Of a DNA stretch of 48,942 bases, positions 45,424 through 48,942 are shown piece by piece. The stretch is from Eggerthellaceae bacterium (GTDB lineage: Bacteria; Actinomycetota; Coriobacteriia; Coriobacteriales; Eggerthellaceae): contig DBFAWQ010000079.1 of the NCBI GenBank assembly GCA_048242115.1, forward strand, positions 1 through 48,942. The letters are read 5' to 3'. Every line of letters begins with the position of its first letter. Position 1 is the stretch's first letter. The notes under the pieces are model-generated. The model searched no databases, was not told where the DNA came from, and worked only from the letters and a program-made list of their open reading frames with translations. The position numbers and the translations under genes were made by a program.

Positions 45424-46455
45424 ATGGCAACCATCGTCATGACGGACAACGATTTCGGGGGCGCGGAGTTCGAGCGGCGACTCGTCGAGGGTGCCGGGCT
45501 CGAGTTTCGCAGCTACAACGACGAAGGTGACCGCACGCCCGAGCAGATTATCTCGCACCTGGCGGCCGCAGGCGCTGCGGGGGCAGCCAACGCGAAGCCA
45601 CAGGCGGTTGGCGCCATCACCTCCTACGGGCGCTACACGGCCGAGGTGTTCGCGGCGCTTCCGAACCTGGCGGTAGTGAGCAAGACCGGCACCGGCGTGG
45701 ACAACATCGACGTGGAGGCCGCCACGAGAAACGGCACCGTGGTCTGCAACGTTCCGGGCTACGGCACCGAAGTGGTATCCGACCACGCCATCGCACTAGC
45801 CTTGGCGGTGCTGCGCCGCATCAACGAGACCGATGCGGACCTGCGCGCCGGCATCTGGGACTTCCGCCGGCGCCGGCCGCTCGGACAAGTGCACGGGCGC
45901 ACCTTCGGCGTGGTGGGCTACGGGTCCATCGGTCGGGCGGCAGCGCGCAAGGCCCGCGGCCTGGGCTTCAACGTGGTCGTATGGGACCGCAAAGGAGTGC
46001 CGGGGCGGCGCACGCCGGAGGACTTCCCCTACCTGGGCTTGGACGAATTGTTGGAAACCGCCGACGTGGTCAGCTTCCACGTGGCGCTGGTGCTGGAGAC
46101 CCGCCACCTGCTGAGCGCCGAGCGCATCACGCGCATGAAGAAGGACGCCGTGGTGGTGAACACGTCGCGCGGGGCCGTGGTGGACACGAAAGCGCTGGCG
46201 GCCGCGCTGCAAGCCGATGCGCTGTGGGGAGCGGGGCTGGACGTCTTCGAAGGCGAGCCGCTCTCCCCCGACGACCCCATCCTGACCGCTCCCCATACGG
46301 TGCTCTCGCCCCACGACGGCTACTGGTCCGAGGAATCCGCCGTAGACCTGCGCACCCAGGCCGCCGAGAACGCCATCGCCGTCATGCAGGGCAAAACCCC
46401 GGCCCATTGCATGAACCCCGAAGCCCTCTCGGCCGCCTGGGCGAAGCTGGGCTAG
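45424..46455 (+). CDS. D-isomer-specific 2-hydroxyacid dehydrogenase (CtBP-like)
   Basis: GTGVDNID, NVPGY, GYGSIG, VNTSRG, LDVFEGEP, SPH. Confidence 0.92.
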   Translation: MATIVMTDNDFGGAEFERRLVEGAGLEFRSYNDEGDRTPEQIISHLAAAGAAGAANAKPQAVGAITSYGRYTAEVFAALPNLAVVSKTGTGVDNIDVEAATRNGTVVCNVPGYGTEVVSDHAIALALAVLRRINETDADLRAGIWDFRRRRPLGQVHGRTFGVVGYGSIGRAAARKARGLGFNVVVWDRKGVPGRRTPEDFPYLGLDELLETADVVSFHVALVLETRHLLSAERITRMKKDAVVVNTSRGAVVDTKALAAALQADALWGAGLDVFEGEPLSPDDPILTAPHTVLSPHDGYWSEESAVDLRTQAAENAIAVMQGKTPAHCMNPEALSAAWAKLG

Positions 46456-47549
46456 CCCTTGCGCTTTCCCGGCAGGGTCACCAGGACCACCATGGCTATG
46501 ATGAGCACAAGCGACACCACGTCGAAGCCGGAGAAGGGGGTGTGCAGCCACACCGCTGAGATGACCATGGCCGACACCGGCTCCATGCAGCCGGCGAGGC
46601 TCGCGCGCACCGGGCCCGCGTCGGCGATGCCCTGCAGGTACATGAGGTAGGCGCCCACCGTCCCAACCAGCACCATGGCCGCCATGACCGCCACCACCTG
46701 CGGCGTCACGGCCACGTCCAGGGTCCAGGGACGCGTGATCGCCAGCGCCACCACGCCGGCTATGGCCATAGCGAAGGCCGGCACCACGAAGCTTCCGTAC
46801 TTGGCCAGGGGCTTTGCGGGAAGCAGCGTGTAGAAGGCCATGGCAAGGGCCGCCATCAGGCCCCATCCGAACCCCTCCGGCGACATCGACAGCGTGGACG
46901 GGTCGCCCTGGGTGGCCATGAGGAACACCGCCAGCAGCGCCACCGCCACCCCCGCACCCTCGCGGGCATAGGGAAGCCGACGTCCGCGCAGGCAGGTGTA
47001 GCCCATGATGAGCAGAAGCCCCAGCCGCTCCATCATGGTTCCGATGCCCGAATTGGTGTATGCGATGGCGGAAAGGTAGCTGAACTGGGTGAACAGCACG
47101 CCCAGAAGCGCGAAGAGGACGATCTGGCCCATGGTCGAGCGATCGCGGGCCAGGGCCGTCATCTTGCCGGGGCACTTCAGCGCGCAGAAGGCCAGCAGCA
47201 CCACGGCGGCCATGCACAGGCGCACCGGCGTGATCCAGGCCACGGGAACGCCCATCTGGGAGGTGAGCAGCTGCGCCGCCGTGCCCGAGAACCCCCAGCA
47301 CACCCCGCCCGACGCCGCCAGCAGCGTCCCGCGCACCGGATGTACCGGCCCCGTGGCGACCACCTGGGGCCTCCGCATCGCACGCCCAGACCGCACGGCC
47401 TCTTCGCCCCCGGCAGCCTTTTCGACATTGCCGGCCCCTTCGGCCCTCGTCACCTCTGTCCGACCCGCGCCCAACCCTATTCCCCTATCGCCAATTCGCC
47501 GCCCTCGGCCTTCTCGTTCCCTCATTTCGGCAGCATCGAAAGGAAGCAT
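46452..47549 (-). CDS. DMT/EamA-family transporter (start uncertain: 47549 or 47378)
   Basis: WG.SGT.AQ, EPVSA, about 10 TM helices in two EamA repeats. Confidence 0.88.
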   Translation of the reverse strand: MLPFDAAEMREREGRGRRIGDRGIGLGAGRTEVTRAEGAGNVEKAAGGEEAVRSGRAMRRPQVVATGPVHPVRGTLLAASGGVCWGFSGTAAQLLTSQMGVPVAWITPVRLCMAAVVLLAFCALKCPGKMTALARDRSTMGQIVLFALLGVLFTQFSYLSAIAYTNSGIGTMMERLGLLLIMGYTCLRGRRLPYAREGAGVAVALLAVFLMATQGDPSTLSMSPEGFGWGLMAALAMAFYTLLPAKPLAKYGSFVVPAFAMAIAGVVALAITRPWTLDVAVTPQVVAVMAAMVLVGTVGAYLMYLQGIADAGPVRASLAGCMEPVSAMVISAVWLHTPFSGFDVVSLVLIIAMVVLVTLPGKRKG

Positions 47550-47591
47550 GAGACGCTTCCCCCCGAACCGCGCACCTCTGACCGGAGCTCG

Positions 47592-47654
47592 GTTTCACTA
47601 AGTATCTCTAAGTAGAACTAAGAAGTACTAAGTAACGCTAAGTTTCACTAAGTA
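47592..47654. repeat. Six CTAAG(T) motifs at an exact 10-bp period
   Basis: CTAAG at 47598, 47608, 47618, 47628, 47638, 47648; first and last units share GTTTCACTAAGTA. Confidence 0.9.
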
Positions 47655-47885
47655 ACCATCGAAATACCAGTTCATCCGTAGGTTTTCAATGATGAGAATC
47701 AGAAGGAGAACCGCTAGGCCCAATGAAGGGAGGGGTGGACGAGAGGGCAAACCGCAGGATTCCGCACGCCGAAGCGGACGCAGGATGCAGCGTGGCCGCC
47801 CCTCTAATCGAGGAGCGGCCACGATATAAGCGTCTGGCATACCCCGCGCGCCCTTTGGCGCCAAGTCGGGGGGCGCGGGCGCCGT

Positions 47886-48942
47886 CTACTTGCTCGCTAC
47901 GGCTCGGCCCACCACGTAGCCCTGGGTGTGGGCGCGACCCAACGACAGGCCGGGCACCGTCATGGGGTAGTCGGGGCTACCGAAGAAGTTGCCGGCGCAA
48001 TTGCCGATGGCGTACAGGCCCTCGATGGGCTGGCCGTCCTTGTCGAGCACCTGCATGTCGGCGTTCACGTTCACGCCGTGGACGATGGTGGAAAGCCCGA
48101 TATGGCGATGGATCCCGTAGAAGGGCGGCGTCTTGATGGCCTTCAGGAACTTGGCGGGTTTGCCCATGTCCTCGTCGATGCCCTTGGCGGCCAGCTCGTT
48201 GTAGCGCTCGACGGTCTTCACGAACGTGGGAACGTCGGTAAGCCCCAGCTTCTCGCCCAGCTCCTCCAGAGTGTCGGCGGAGAAGGTGTTGATAAGGCTC
48301 TCGTAGACGCCCGACTTCTCACCGGACACCTCGGGCATGTAGTTCGCCATGGCCTCGGGCGGAAGCGCCACGCCGGGCCAGCCCTCGGTATCGGCCATGT
48401 AGTTGCTGTCGAACACCTGGGTGTACCAGCCCTGGTCGGCCTCGCTCCTCAGGAAGTTGCCCATAACGGCCATCTCGCAGCGAGCCTCGTTGCAGAAGCG
48501 GGTGCCGTCGTTCTTCACCGCCAAAAACGGCATGTCGGCCATGGAGCCAGGACCCGCGTCGAAGTCGTGCTGCACCTTCGACCCGCAGGCGTCCTCCATG
48601 CGGCCGCCGGCCCACACCATCATGCGCTGGCCGTCGCCGGTCTTGTTCTGCTCCTTGCGGTAGATGTTGGCCATACCCGGCTCGTAGTAGGCCATCATCT
48701 CGTCGTTGTTCTCGTAGTCGCCCGTGGCCACGATGACGCCCTTGGCGGCGTTGAACTGGATGTATCCGTCGGGGCCCTCGGCGATTACGCCAGTCACCGC
48801 GCCGGAGTCGTCCTGAACCAGCTGGGCTGCGGGGGTGGAGTAGAAGATCTCGACCCCCTGGCCCTCGGCCCAGTCGGCGATGTCGCGCATGCCGTTGCCG
48901 GTGTTGTAGGGCTTGGGACCGAAGTCGAAGGCGAAGTAGGAC
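47886..48942 (-). CDS. FAD-dependent oxidoreductase (flavocytochrome c family), 5' end outside window
   Basis: Frame open to the window end (SYFAFDFGPKPYNTGNGM..); ATGDY, GTRFCNE, DEDMGK, IEGLYAIGN, DYPMTVPGLS. Confidence 0.92.
   Translation of the reverse strand, partial: SYFAFDFGPKPYNTGNGMRDIADWAEGQGVEIFYSTPAAQLVQDDSGAVTGVIAEGPDGYIQFNAAKGVIVATGDYENNDEMMAYYEPGMANIYRKEQNKTGDGQRMMVWAGGRMEDACGSKVQHDFDAGPGSMADMPFLAVKNDGTRFCNEARCEMAVMGNFLRSEADQGWYTQVFDSNYMADTEGWPGVALPPEAMANYMPEVSGEKSGVYESLINTFSADTLEELGEKLGLTDVPTFVKTVERYNELAAKGIDEDMGKPAKFLKAIKTPPFYGIHRHIGLSTIVHGVNVNADMQVLDKDGQPIEGLYAIGNCAGNFFGSPDYPMTVPGLSLGRAHTQGYVVGRAVASK

Noticed and set aside
47548..47601. 17-codon plus-strand ORF after GAAAGGAAG
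   Set aside because: No promoter or recognisable features; it overlaps the DMT upstream region and is likely chance.
47745..47825. GGGCAAACC...GGACGCA resembling a c-di-GMP-I riboswitch
   Set aside because: No GNRA-capped P2 or receptor helix, and no gene downstream on that strand; the nearby hairpin is better explained as a terminator.

Overview
High-GC actinobacterial DNA. The gene content (membrane-embedded LuxR regulators beside Tat-exported flavoenzymes, a Tat molybdoenzyme, NrfD) fits an Eggerthellaceae (Coriobacteriia) anaerobe; this is an inference. In order: a 5'-truncated PknB-type PASTA kinase; an AbrB-family membrane protein; infA-rpmJ-rpsM-rpsK-rpsD-rpoA-rplQ, detached from secY-adk-map and preceded by a promoter-driven, highly structured ~170-nt RNA candidate; an ECF sigma/beta-propeller anti-sigma pair; a SipW peptidase with a TasA-like substrate; ygbA-like gene plus long Lhr helicase; an nrfD-gntR-SPFH-molybdoenzyme-FeS-fdhD cluster whose FdhD lacks the catalytic Cys loop; a MATE pump with a riboswitch-like leader; four flavocytochrome-c-type flavoproteins with LuxR/TetR regulators; gntR-DUF1648/5808; an MGMT-family gene; groES-groEL with tandem CIRCE; a 2-hydroxyacid dehydrogenase; and a DMT transporter. 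Two gene remnants are visible (a lipoprotein N-terminus and a HipA-like C-terminus). Unexplained intergenic structure includes two unrelated palindromic elements built on the same 31-bp period, a 6 x 10-bp CTAAG array, a 22-bp triple repeat and a CCGCAAA cluster. I saw no tRNA, rRNA, CRISPR array, transposase or integrase. All family calls come from motif recognition by eye, not database searches.
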